From contig CALDPK010000038.1 in NCBI GenBank assembly GCA_937911855.1, positions 1 through 14,120 on the forward strand: DNA of 14,120 nucleotides, in the 5' to 3' direction. This DNA is from an uncultured Trueperaceae bacterium. Its GTDB lineage: Bacteria; Deinococcota; Deinococci; Deinococcales; Trueperaceae. Under the pieces are notes generated by a model that searched no databases, was not told the origin of the DNA, and saw nothing but the letters and a program-made list of their open reading frames with translations. Of the stretch, positions 6,910-14,120 are shown in pieces. The position numbers and the translations under genes were made by a program. Position 1 is the stretch's first letter. Each line of letters opens with the position of its first letter.

Positions 6910-8136
6910 TCAGGCGACGGTTGCTGCAGGGCGTACTGCCTGCCGGAATGCCAGGAGCGACAGGCCCACCAGCAACACCATGCCCAGCGCCAGCGGTTGC
7001 GGTCCGCCGGTGGCGAAGAAGGCTATCACCGAACCGACGAGCGTGCCGATGCTCAGCTGGGTGAATCCGCTGATGCCCGAGACCATCCCGGCCCGCTCGA
7101 AATGGGGTTCAAGCACCAGGGTCATGGTATTCGCCAGCGTCATGGAAAAGCCAGCGAAGAAAGCCGACATGTTCGCGGCAAAAGACCAGATGCTGTCGAT
7201 GCCGAGCGTGACCTGAACTGCCAGCACAACGCAGGCCAGCAGCCAGAGCGGCAGCACCACCCGCAGTATCTGGGCCGCGCTGAAGCTGTTCAGCAGCCGG
7301 GCGTTCAGCGGCTGGGTGATGAACGAGACCGAAGCGATCGCGGCGAACACAAGGCCGAACTGCGCTTCAGACAGCGCGTAATGATCGATGAAGATGGCCG
7401 GAGCTGAGGCCAGGTAGGCCATCAGCGGCGTGTAGGCCAGGGTAAGCACGACTATCGCCCAGGCGGACTGACGTTCGCGGAAGATCGACTTCACGTTGGC
7501 GACGAGACCGGCAATGCTGAGCGCGGTGAGGTCGCGCCGCGGCAGCGTTTCCGGGAGCAGCCGCAATACGAGTACCAGCATGAACGCGGCTATCGCCAGC
7601 AGGAACACGAACTGCAGGTGCCAGTCGCCGACGCTCAGCAGCAGCACACCGATGCTGGGCGCCAGCAGGGGAGCGGCGGTGAAGAAGATCATGGCGAACG
7701 ACATCATGCGGCCCAGTTGCCGTCCGGAGTACAGGTCGCGCAGTACCGCCCGGGCCAGGACCGGACCTGTGGCGCAGCCAAGGCCCTGGACGAACCGGCC
7801 GATGAGCAGGGTGTTGAAATCGTTCGTGAACAGGCAGATTATGCTGCCTATGGCGTAAATGACCATACCGGTCAGCAGAACCGGCCTGCGTCCGAACCGG
7901 TCGGCCGTCGAGCCGACGAGCAGGTGCGGCAGCGCGTAGCCCAGCATGAACACGCTCAGCACCCGCTGGATGGCTGCGTCGCTCACTCCCAGTTCCGCTG
8001 CCATCGTCGGGAAGGCGGGCAGCATGACGTCGGTAGCCAGGGCGGCCATGGTCATGAGCGAGCCGACTATGAACAGCAGGGTCAGGGTCGACGGGCGGGT
8101 TCGCAGCGGAGTAGCGGTCGAGGCGTGGGTGGTCAT
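6910..8136 (-). CDS. MFS transporter (Bcr/CflA drug-efflux-like).
   Basis: About 12 predicted transmembrane segments, an MFS signature TADRFGRRPVLL after TM2, and 408 aa. The overlapping plus-strand ORF 7618..8757 is Arg/Gly/His-rich antisense junk. Confidence 0.85.
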   Translation of the reverse strand: MTTHASTATPLRTRPSTLTLLFIVGSLMTMAALATDVMLPAFPTMAAELGVSDAAIQRVLSVFMLGYALPHLLVGSTADRFGRRPVLLTGMVIYAIGSIICLFTNDFNTLLIGRFVQGLGCATGPVLARAVLRDLYSGRQLGRMMSFAMIFFTAAPLLAPSIGVLLLSVGDWHLQFVFLLAIAAFMLVLVLRLLPETLPRRDLTALSIAGLVANVKSIFRERQSAWAIVVLTLAYTPLMAYLASAPAIFIDHYALSEAQFGLVFAAIASVSFITQPLNARLLNSFSAAQILRVVLPLWLLACVVLAVQVTLGIDSIWSFAANMSAFFAGFSMTLANTMTLVLEPHFERAGMVSGISGFTQLSIGTLVGSVIAFFATGGPQPLALGMVLLVGLSLLAFRQAVRPAATVA

Positions 8137-8345
8137 CGCCGGCTGAACATATCACCTGAACGGCGATTCCTCGGACGCCGCCGGTACCCGCAGTTGCGGC
8201 AGCCTGTGTACCGGTCCGGTAAACACCTGCCTGCCCATATCAGGACCTTCGCCCTGCCTGGTGGGTATATTGTGCAGCAATCAACCTGGGAAGAAGAACG
8301 AACGGGCAATACGTCCCAGGTGGTTATAGATCAACGGAGGTTTAC
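8137..8345. promoter_or_regulatory. A 209-bp divergent intergenic region between the MFS transporter (minus strand) and the ABC substrate-binding protein (plus strand). It presumably holds both promoters and a long 5' leader for the substrate-binding protein gene; a GGAGG SD lies at 8336-8340.
   Basis: Both flanking genes start at its edges. The SD is read directly as caacGGAGGtttacATG. I could not assign convincing -35/-10 hexamers by eye. Confidence 0.4.
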
Positions 8346-9845
8346 ATGCGTAATCTGCTCACACCAGTCGTCGCTCTTTCGCTCCTGGCCGGTGCGGCCA
8401 TGGCGCAGGAAGCGGCGCCTCAGCGTGGCGGCGAGATCGTCGTCGCCATCACGGCGGCCCCGCCCGGTTGGGACCCGTCCGTCAGTACCTCGCAGGAAAT
8501 TCCACGCGTCGTTTACGGAAACGTCTACGAAGGCCTCGTCATATTCGACCGCACCGGTGCGATCGTGCCTGCACTCGCGACCGACTGGAGCATCTCGGAC
8601 GACCTGCTCGAATGGACCTTCACCATCCGTGAAGGCGTCAAGTTCCACGACGGCTCCGACCTCCAGCTCTCCGACATCGTCGCCCGCTTCGAACGCGCCC
8701 GCGACCCCGAGTCCGGCCACACCAACAACGCGTTCTACGCCGGCATCACGGGCGTGAGCGCCGACGAAGAAGCACACACCGTGACCTTCACCCTCGCCGA
8801 ACCGCGCGCCAGCCTGCTGTTCGACCTGGCCCGTCCCGACTCGGTCATCTACCCCGAAGCACTCACCGACAGCCAGGTTTCCCAGCCCGTCGGCACCGGA
8901 CCGTTCGCCTTCGCCAACTACATCGAAGGCGCCGAAGTGACCCTCGAGCGCTTCGAAGATTACTGGAACCCCGAGCTGCCCTACCTCGACCGGGCAGTCT
9001 TCCGCATCATGAGCGACCCGAACAGCCGCTTCGCTGCACTCCAGTCCGGCGACATCGACCTCATCGGCGTCGCGCTGCAGCCCGAGCAGTTCATCCAGCT
9101 GCAGAGCAACCCTGACCTGCAGGGCACCGAAGGCACCATGACCACCGAGATCACGATGGCCATGAACAACGCCATCGAACCCTTCAACGACATCCGCGTC
9201 CGCCAGGCGATCACCCACGCGATCGACAAGCAGGCCATCGTCGACGGCGCCTTCTTCGGACTGGGCACGGTCATCGGCAGCCACATGAGCCCCGCCGAGC
9301 CGTACTACATCGACCTGAGCGAGACCTACCCGTACGATCCCGAGCGCGCCCGTGAACTGCTGGCCGAGGCCGGCTACGCCGACGGCCTGACCGTCAAGTT
9401 CGAACTGCCTGAGCCGTACAACACCGAGCGCCGCACCGGTGAAGTCATCGCACAGCAGCTCGCCCAGGTCGGCATCACCGCCGAACTCAGCGTGGTCGAG
9501 TGGACCACCTGGATCAACCGCATCCTGCTGGGCGGCGATTACGAGATGACGATCATCGGTCACTCCGAACCGCGCGACATCTTCGTGTACGCCAACCCCG
9601 AGTACTACTACCACTACGACAACCCGCGCATCGCCGAGCTCTTGGCAGAAGCCGAGACTGCCTCATCAGATGCCGAGTCGAACGAGTACTTCCAGGAGAT
9701 CGCCACCATAATCGCCGAAGACGCAGTGAACGTCTGGGTCTTCAGCTCGCCCTACCTGGTCGCTGCCCGCGCCGACATCGCAGGCTTCTGGACCGATCAG
9801 CCCACGCCGTCCATCAATGTGACGGAGGTCTACAGGACCGAGTGA
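8346..9845 (+). CDS. ABC transporter substrate-binding protein, family 5 (oligopeptide/dipeptide/nickel type).
   Basis: It has a signal peptide (MRNLLTPVVALSLLAGAAMAQEA), is 499 aa, and shows DppA/OppA/NikA-like sequence features throughout. A GGAGG SD lies 5 nt upstream. Confidence 0.9.
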   Translation: MRNLLTPVVALSLLAGAAMAQEAAPQRGGEIVVAITAAPPGWDPSVSTSQEIPRVVYGNVYEGLVIFDRTGAIVPALATDWSISDDLLEWTFTIREGVKFHDGSDLQLSDIVARFERARDPESGHTNNAFYAGITGVSADEEAHTVTFTLAEPRASLLFDLARPDSVIYPEALTDSQVSQPVGTGPFAFANYIEGAEVTLERFEDYWNPELPYLDRAVFRIMSDPNSRFAALQSGDIDLIGVALQPEQFIQLQSNPDLQGTEGTMTTEITMAMNNAIEPFNDIRVRQAITHAIDKQAIVDGAFFGLGTVIGSHMSPAEPYYIDLSETYPYDPERARELLAEAGYADGLTVKFELPEPYNTERRTGEVIAQQLAQVGITAELSVVEWTTWINRILLGGDYEMTIIGHSEPRDIFVYANPEYYYHYDNPRIAELLAEAETASSDAESNEYFQEIATIIAEDAVNVWVFSSPYLVAARADIAGFWTDQPTPSINVTEVYRTE

Positions 9846-9849
9846 GCAG

Positions 9850-10794
9850 ATGTTTGCTTACGTAGTCAGAAGAACGTTCACCGCGCTGGTCAGCCTTGTG
9901 CTGGCCAGCGTTCTGGTGTTCGCGGCCCTGCTCGCCATCCCCGGCGATCCGGCCGAGGTGCTCCTGGGCATGGACGCCAACCCCGTCACCCGGGAAGCGG
10001 TGCGCAGGCAGCTCGGCCTGGACGTGCCGCCCCTGCAGCGCTTCGGCAACTGGATCGGTGGCGCCGCGACCGGTGATCTGGGCGAAAGCCTTGCGTACCG
10101 CCGGCCCGTCGGTGACCTGATCGGCGAGCGGCTGTCCGTGTCCGTGCCACTGTCCGTAGCTGCCGCCATCCTGGCGGTCATCATCGCGCTGCCGCTGGGC
10201 ATCGCAGCCGCCCTCACGCGCAAGACCTTATTTGACCCCCTTATCACTGCCGTAGCCCAGGTGGGCGCGGCCGTACCGTCGTTCTGGCTTGGTCTTTTAC
10301 TGATTATCTGGCTTGCTGTCCAGCAGGGAATCTTCCCGGCCGGCGGGTTCGTGCCCTGGGAACGTGAAGTGTGGGGTGCGATCCGCAGCCTGACCCTGCC
10401 GGTCATCGCCCTGGCGCTCGGCCAGGCGGCCGTCATGACCCGCATGACCCGCGCCGTCATGATCGAGAACATGGGCGCAGATTACGTGCGAACTGCCCGC
10501 GCCAAGGGGCTTGCGCCCAGCCGGGTGGTGTTGCGGCACGCGCTGCGTAACGCACTCGTCACCCTGGTGACCGTGTTCGGCCTGGCGCTAAGCAACGTGT
10601 TCATCGGTTCCATCGTCATCGAGCAGGTGTTCAGCCTGCCGGGCCTCGGCCGCATGGCACTGTCCGCGATCGGTAACCGCGACTTCCCGCTGGTTCAGGG
10701 CGTCGTGCTCGTCTACGCCGCCGCGATCATCATGCTTTCGTTCATCGTCGACATAAGCTACGGCTTCCTGGACCCAAGGATCCGCTACAACTGA
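9850..10794 (+). CDS. ABC transporter permease (DppB/OppB-like).
   Basis: The N-terminus is MFAYVVRRTFTALVSLVLASVLVF, and the EAA-like permease loop RTARAKGL is present; 314 aa. It starts 4 nt after the substrate-binding protein stop. Confidence 0.9.
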   Translation: MFAYVVRRTFTALVSLVLASVLVFAALLAIPGDPAEVLLGMDANPVTREAVRRQLGLDVPPLQRFGNWIGGAATGDLGESLAYRRPVGDLIGERLSVSVPLSVAAAILAVIIALPLGIAAALTRKTLFDPLITAVAQVGAAVPSFWLGLLLIIWLAVQQGIFPAGGFVPWEREVWGAIRSLTLPVIALALGQAAVMTRMTRAVMIENMGADYVRTARAKGLAPSRVVLRHALRNALVTLVTVFGLALSNVFIGSIVIEQVFSLPGLGRMALSAIGNRDFPLVQGVVLVYAAAIIMLSFIVDISYGFLDPRIRYN

Positions 10795-11600
10795 TGGGCA
10801 AGAGGTTCAACATCATCATCGGCGGGTTCCTGACTGGCCTCGTGCTGCTCGCGGCCATCGTGTCGCTGTTCTGGCAGCCGCACGACCCGAACGCCATGGA
10901 CTTCTCCGCGCAGCTGTCCGGACCCACCGCGAACAACTGGCTGGGCGCCGACCATTACGGCCGCGACCTGTTCTCGCGCCTGCTCATCGGCGCGCGCGGC
11001 ACCATGTACGTCGGTTTCATCTCAGTGGGTATTGCGCTCACGATAGGCGGCCTGCTTGGCGCCTTCGCGGGTTACGTCGGCGGGTTGATCGGCGAGGGCA
11101 TCATGCGCGTCGTCGACGTGCTCTACGCGTTCCCGGCCATCCTGATGGCGCTGCTGCTGGCGGCAATCTACGAACCCGGCACAGTAACGGCGATGGTGGC
11201 CATCGGCATCGCGACGATCCCGATATTCGCGCGGCTCATGCGCTCTTCGGTGATCAGCCTGCGTGAACTGGAGTTCGTGGAGGCCGGCCGGGCGCTGGGT
11301 GCAGGTCACGGCCGGCTGCTGTGGCGGCACGTGGTGCCCGGTGCGATGTCACCGATAATCGTGCAGGTCAGCCTGAGCCTTTCGGTGGCCGTCCTGGCCG
11401 AGGCGGCACTCAGTTTCCTGGGCCTGGGCACGCCCCCGCAGACGCCAAGCTGGGGCAGCATGCTGCGTGAATCGCAGAGCTTCCTGCAGATGAGCGCTTA
11501 CCCCGCACTCGTGCCGGGCATAGCCATCATGGTGACCGTGCTGGGCTTCAGCCTGCTCGGCGACGGGCTGCGCGACCTGGCTGACAAGCGGAACGACTGA
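10794..11600 (+). CDS. ABC transporter permease (DppC/OppC-like).
   Basis: 268 aa and polytopic. The permease signature region reads EAGRALGAGHGRLLWRHVVP. Its start overlaps the upstream stop (TGATG). Confidence 0.9.
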   Translation: MGKRFNIIIGGFLTGLVLLAAIVSLFWQPHDPNAMDFSAQLSGPTANNWLGADHYGRDLFSRLLIGARGTMYVGFISVGIALTIGGLLGAFAGYVGGLIGEGIMRVVDVLYAFPAILMALLLAAIYEPGTVTAMVAIGIATIPIFARLMRSSVISLRELEFVEAGRALGAGHGRLLWRHVVPGAMSPIIVQVSLSLSVAVLAEAALSFLGLGTPPQTPSWGSMLRESQSFLQMSAYPALVPGIAIMVTVLGFSLLGDGLRDLADKRND

Positions 11601-11721
11601 CACATCCGGGCTTTTTCGCCCTTCACTCTGGGCAATCATCCTGCCGGTACGCGGTTAGCGTCCCGGCAGTCTTCATTCCCGCCTGCTCGTGCGGCTATAC
11701 CGGAGGCAGGAGGTGGTGAGG

Positions 11722-11949
11722 ATGCAATTCGACGTGAGCCAGATGGATCCGCCGCACCGGCCGGACTCGCGAGGGACTGCCGAAGACCGGCTGCGGGTGC
11801 TGGAGCTGGAGCAGACCAGGCTGCTGGCCCGGCACGAGGCTGTGGTGGCGCAGCTCAGCAGCATGCGGAGCGCCATGCGCGGGCTTGAACGCCTGCTGGA
11901 ACTCAGACTGCAGCGGCTTGAGCAGCTGGGGCGCAGGCGCTTTCCTTAA
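11722..11949 (+). CDS. Small hypothetical Arg-rich coiled-coil protein (75 aa).
   Basis: A strong SD AGGAGGTGGTGAGG lies 8 nt upstream of the ATG. GC3-rich codon usage matches the neighbouring genes. Leucine heptads run through LRVLELEQTRLLARHEAVVAQLSSMRSAMRGLERLLELRLQRLEQL. The track ORF 11689..11949 is the same frame with a less likely upstream start. I recognise no homology. Confidence 0.4.
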   Translation: MQFDVSQMDPPHRPDSRGTAEDRLRVLELEQTRLLARHEAVVAQLSSMRSAMRGLERLLELRLQRLEQLGRRRFP

Positions 11950-12019
11950 CCGGGCCGGGGTGTTTACTGGACACATGATCAAGATTGACAACCATTAGGG
12001 CCAGTGAAACGATCGGTGG

Positions 12020-12991
12020 ATGGATACGATGGATCTGATGCACGGAGCGCGGCGGCTCGTCGGTCACTGTACTGACGTGCAGCCGGGTGAACAGGCGCTC
12101 GTGGTTATCGACCGCCTGACTGACCCCGCGCTCGGGGAAGCCCTCTACGCCGCGCTGCGCGAAGCCGGCGCTGACGCGTTCGTGTTGACCTGCGATGAGG
12201 CAAGGACCGATTCGGGTGAACCGTCTCCCGCTGTGGCTGCCGCCATGCTCGCCAGCGACGTGATCTTCACGGCGGTGCAGGTTTCGATCACCCACACCGA
12301 TGCAGTCAACGCGGTGTGCGCCCGCGGCGGCCGGGTTGCAGCCCTCACCCAGTGGGTGCCGGAGATGATGGCGGGCGGCGGCATCGACGCCGACTTCCGT
12401 GCCATCGAGCCGAAAGTCATGCGCATGGCGAAGATCTGGGACCAGGGCAGCACCGTGCGGGTAACCACTAAACTGGGCACCGACATGACCCTCGACATCC
12501 GGGGCCGCCAGGGCAGCCCGCACGCCAAGACGGGAGTCGTGAGGAGCGGCACGTTCCATCCGATTCCTGACATCGAGTCGCCCGTCTCGCCCGTGACGGG
12601 CCACGGAACCATAGTCTGCGACGCCAGCATTCCCTACCTGGGCATCGGCGTCCTGAACGAACCCGTGACGCTGAAAGTCGTGGACGGGCGCGTCACCAGT
12701 ATCGAGGGCGGCGAGGCCGCTGACATAGTCCGCGCAGCCTGGAAGTCGCTGGAAGACCCGAATGTCTACAACCTGGCGGAACTCGGCATCGGCATGAACC
12801 CCGAATGCGAACTGACCGGCCGGATGCTTGACGACGAAGGCGTCGACAGCACCTGCCATTTCGGGATCGGAACCAGCAACACGCTTGGCGGTAACGTCAA
12901 GGCAAAGTGCCATTACGACTTCGTGGTGCAGGATCCGACCATCGAGGTTGACGGCCGGATCGTCATGAAAGACGGCGTACTCGACGTCTAG
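12020..12991 (+). CDS. Aminopeptidase-like metalloenzyme of the M29 (AmpS/aminopeptidase T) / NicX fold.
   Basis: 323 aa. The C-terminal region ELGIGMNP...CHFGIGTSNTLGGNVKAKCHYDFVV carries a His...His-x-Asp pattern like the metal site of M29 peptidases and 2,5-dihydroxypyridine dioxygenase (NicX). The start may be the ATG at 12029 instead, where a GGTGGA SD has better spacing. Confidence 0.65.
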   Translation: MDTMDLMHGARRLVGHCTDVQPGEQALVVIDRLTDPALGEALYAALREAGADAFVLTCDEARTDSGEPSPAVAAAMLASDVIFTAVQVSITHTDAVNAVCARGGRVAALTQWVPEMMAGGGIDADFRAIEPKVMRMAKIWDQGSTVRVTTKLGTDMTLDIRGRQGSPHAKTGVVRSGTFHPIPDIESPVSPVTGHGTIVCDASIPYLGIGVLNEPVTLKVVDGRVTSIEGGEAADIVRAAWKSLEDPNVYNLAELGIGMNPECELTGRMLDDEGVDSTCHFGIGTSNTLGGNVKAKCHYDFVVQDPTIEVDGRIVMKDGVLDV

Positions 12992-13386
12992 GAAGGTACG
13001 TAACGGGCCCGCGGCCGGATGACCCGGTCGGAAGCGTACTGCTCGAAGACGTGAGCCAGCATGCCCGCCATCCGGCCCAGGCCGATCAGGCTGTAGATGC
13101 TCCCTGCCGGCAGGGCCAGCAGCGGTTCGGCGCAGGCCAAGGCGAAGTCGACACGGGCGTGCTCGCCCGTCGCGGCTTCGGCCAGCCTGACGGTGTCCTG
13201 TAACAGTGCGTAATGTTCCGAGTCCACATGCAGCTCCAGCAGGGCGGACACGCGCGGGTCACGCCCGTCGTACAGCCGCCGGTACGGGTTGTGGAAACCG
13301 GGCACCGCGCCGTAGTTGCGCAGGTCGCTGCGCACGGCCATCACGATCGGGTTGACCCCCAGCGGCACCATCGCCGCCGTCGAGAT
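12988..13386 (-). pseudogene. Citrate-synthase family gene fragment, C-terminal ~130 aa only. The N-terminal ~2/3 is absent at the junction with pntB.
   Basis: PGFHNPYRRLYDGRDPRV aligns to the GFGHRVYKNYDPRA active-site region, and VDFALACAEPLLALP...RVIRPRARYV aligns to the VDFYSGIILKAMGIP...KIARPRQLYTG C-terminus of citrate synthases. The reading frame opens only at a stop at 13387-13389. No upstream exon or continuation exists because the opposite strand there is pntB. Confidence 0.6.
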
Positions 13387-14120
13387 CTACGTCGATGTCG
13401 CCATCGGCGCCATCACCTTCACCGGCTCGATCGTCGCCTTCGCCAAGCTGCAGGGGCTGGTCAGCGGCAGGCCGGTGGTCTTTCCGATGCAGCACTGGTT
13501 GAACCTCGCGCTGGGGATCCTGGCGGTCATCCTGGTCATCTGGATGGTGGCCGGTCAGTCGGGAACGGCCTTCTGGCTGCTCGTGCTGCTGACGCTGGTG
13601 CTGGGCGTGCTGATCATCATTCCGATCGGCGGCGCCGACATGCCGGTCGTCATCTCGTTCCTGAACTCCGCGTCGGGTCTGGCTGCCTCGGCGGCGGGTT
13701 TCGTGATCGAGTCCAACGCTCTGATCATCTCCGGTGCCCTGGTAGGTGCCGCCGGCCTGATCCTCACGAACATCATGGTCAAGGCGATGAACCGCACCCT
13801 GGGCGACGTCCTGTTCGGCGCCTTCGGGGGCGGCAGCGTTGCGGTCGACGCGGCCGACCCGGACAGGAGCGCCACCCGGGCGACTCCCGAGGACGTCGCC
13901 ATCGCCCTCGGATATGCCCGTTCCGTGATCGTCATCCCCGGATACGGCCTCGCCGTAGCCCAGGCTCAGCACGCGTTGAGGGAACTGGAGCAGGCGCTCG
14001 AGGCCCGCAACGTGGACGTCCGCTACGCCATCCATCCGGTCGCCGGCCGGATGCCGGGGCACATGAACGTGCTCCTCGCCGAGGCCGACGTCGAGTACGA
14101 CGCGATGAAGGAGATGGACG
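13340..14120 (+). pseudogene. pntB: NAD(P) transhydrogenase beta subunit (PntB), 5'-truncated, lacking the first ~150 aa and transmembrane helices. It continues past the window end.
   Basis: My translation (AIGAITFTGSIVAFAKL...IIIPIGGADMPVVISFLNSASGLAA...GALVGAAGLILTNIMVKAMNR...VIVIPGYGLAVAQAQHA...YAIHPVAGRMPGHMNVLLAEA) is collinear with E. coli PntB from about residue 155 onward. An in-frame stop sits at 13313-13315, and there is no plausible start or N-terminal membrane domain upstream. Confidence 0.75.

Noticed and set aside
7618-8757. 379-aa plus-strand ORF spanning the MFS gene and the intergenic region
   Set aside because: It is Arg/Gly/His/Pro-rich junk that runs through a clear divergent promoter region. 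The MFS transporter on the opposite strand has transmembrane periodicity and the DRFGRRP signature.
8331-9614. 427-aa ORF on the minus strand
   Set aside because: It is antisense to the ABC substrate-binding protein, which has a signal peptide, an SD and clear family-5 features. The product is low-complexity and Val/Gly/Asp-rich.
11601-11640. Possible intrinsic terminator after the second permease gene (GGGC-TTTTTC-GCCC)
   Set aside because: The stem is only 4 bp with no convincing U-tract. It is too weak to call.
11985-12013. TTGACA hexamer with a 17-bp spacer upstream of the aminopeptidase-like gene, as a possible sigma-70 promoter
   Set aside because: The corresponding -10 (aacgat) is poor, so I cannot call a promoter with confidence. 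It is noted only inside the small-ORF finding.
11903-12913. 336-aa ORF on the minus strand
   Set aside because: It lies entirely antisense to the well-supported aminopeptidase-like gene. Its composition is Gly/Ala/Arg/Val-rich with no motifs, as expected for open antisense frames in 65% GC DNA.
13259-14062. 267-aa minus-strand ORF
   Set aside because: It is antisense to the pntB fragment, whose translation aligns collinearly with E. coli PntB. The antisense product is Asp/Gly/Arg-rich and non-protein-like.
1-14120. Scan for mobile elements, CRISPR repeats, tRNA or rRNA genes, integrase or transposase remnants
   Set aside because: I saw no terminal inverted repeats flanking any segment, no regularly spaced direct repeats, no tRNA-like cloverleaf candidates and no recombinase-like ORFs. 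Composition is uniformly high-GC except for short promoter-like AT patches.

Overview
This is a high-GC (about 65%) bacterial chromosomal window with strong GC3 codon bias and GGAGG-type Shine-Dalgarno sites; the taxon cannot be resolved from sequence alone (Deinococcus-like or actinobacterial). It is densely packed with ordinary housekeeping and transport genes. On the minus strand at the left end sits a secreted lipoprotein, which runs off the window start. It has two tandem Ig-like repeats, an Asp/Gly-rich acidic linker and a beta-helix-like C-terminal part. Next is a GTPase fused to a DUF697-like glycine-rich hydrophobic C-terminal domain. An SPFH/band-7 (prohibitin/HflC-like) membrane protein with a TTG start is transcribed divergently from it. 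A minimal tatA-tatC pair (tatC with a GTG start) follows, with no tatB in the window. Then come an aldo-keto reductase and a collinear minus-strand cluster of an MFS (Bcr/CflA-like) transporter, a YegS/DAGK-type lipid kinase and a MarC-family membrane protein. A family-5 (peptide/nickel) ABC importer follows, consisting of a substrate-binding protein and two permeases with no ATPase genes adjacent. After it lie a small Arg-rich coiled-coil ORF with a strong SD and an M29/NicX-fold aminopeptidase-like gene. At the right end a C-terminal citrate-synthase fragment on the minus strand meets a 5'-truncated pntB (transhydrogenase beta subunit) on the plus strand head-to-head at about 13.34-13.39 kb. 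Both N-terminal halves are missing there, which is the signature of an inversion breakpoint or a chimeric assembly join. I recognise no mobile element, CRISPR array, tRNA or rRNA. The many long ORFs antisense to real genes are high-GC artefacts. I see no obvious defence or novel multi-gene system; the junction, the ATPase-less peptide importer with its odd small ORF, and the GTPase-DUF697/lipoprotein pair are the items most worth a second look.
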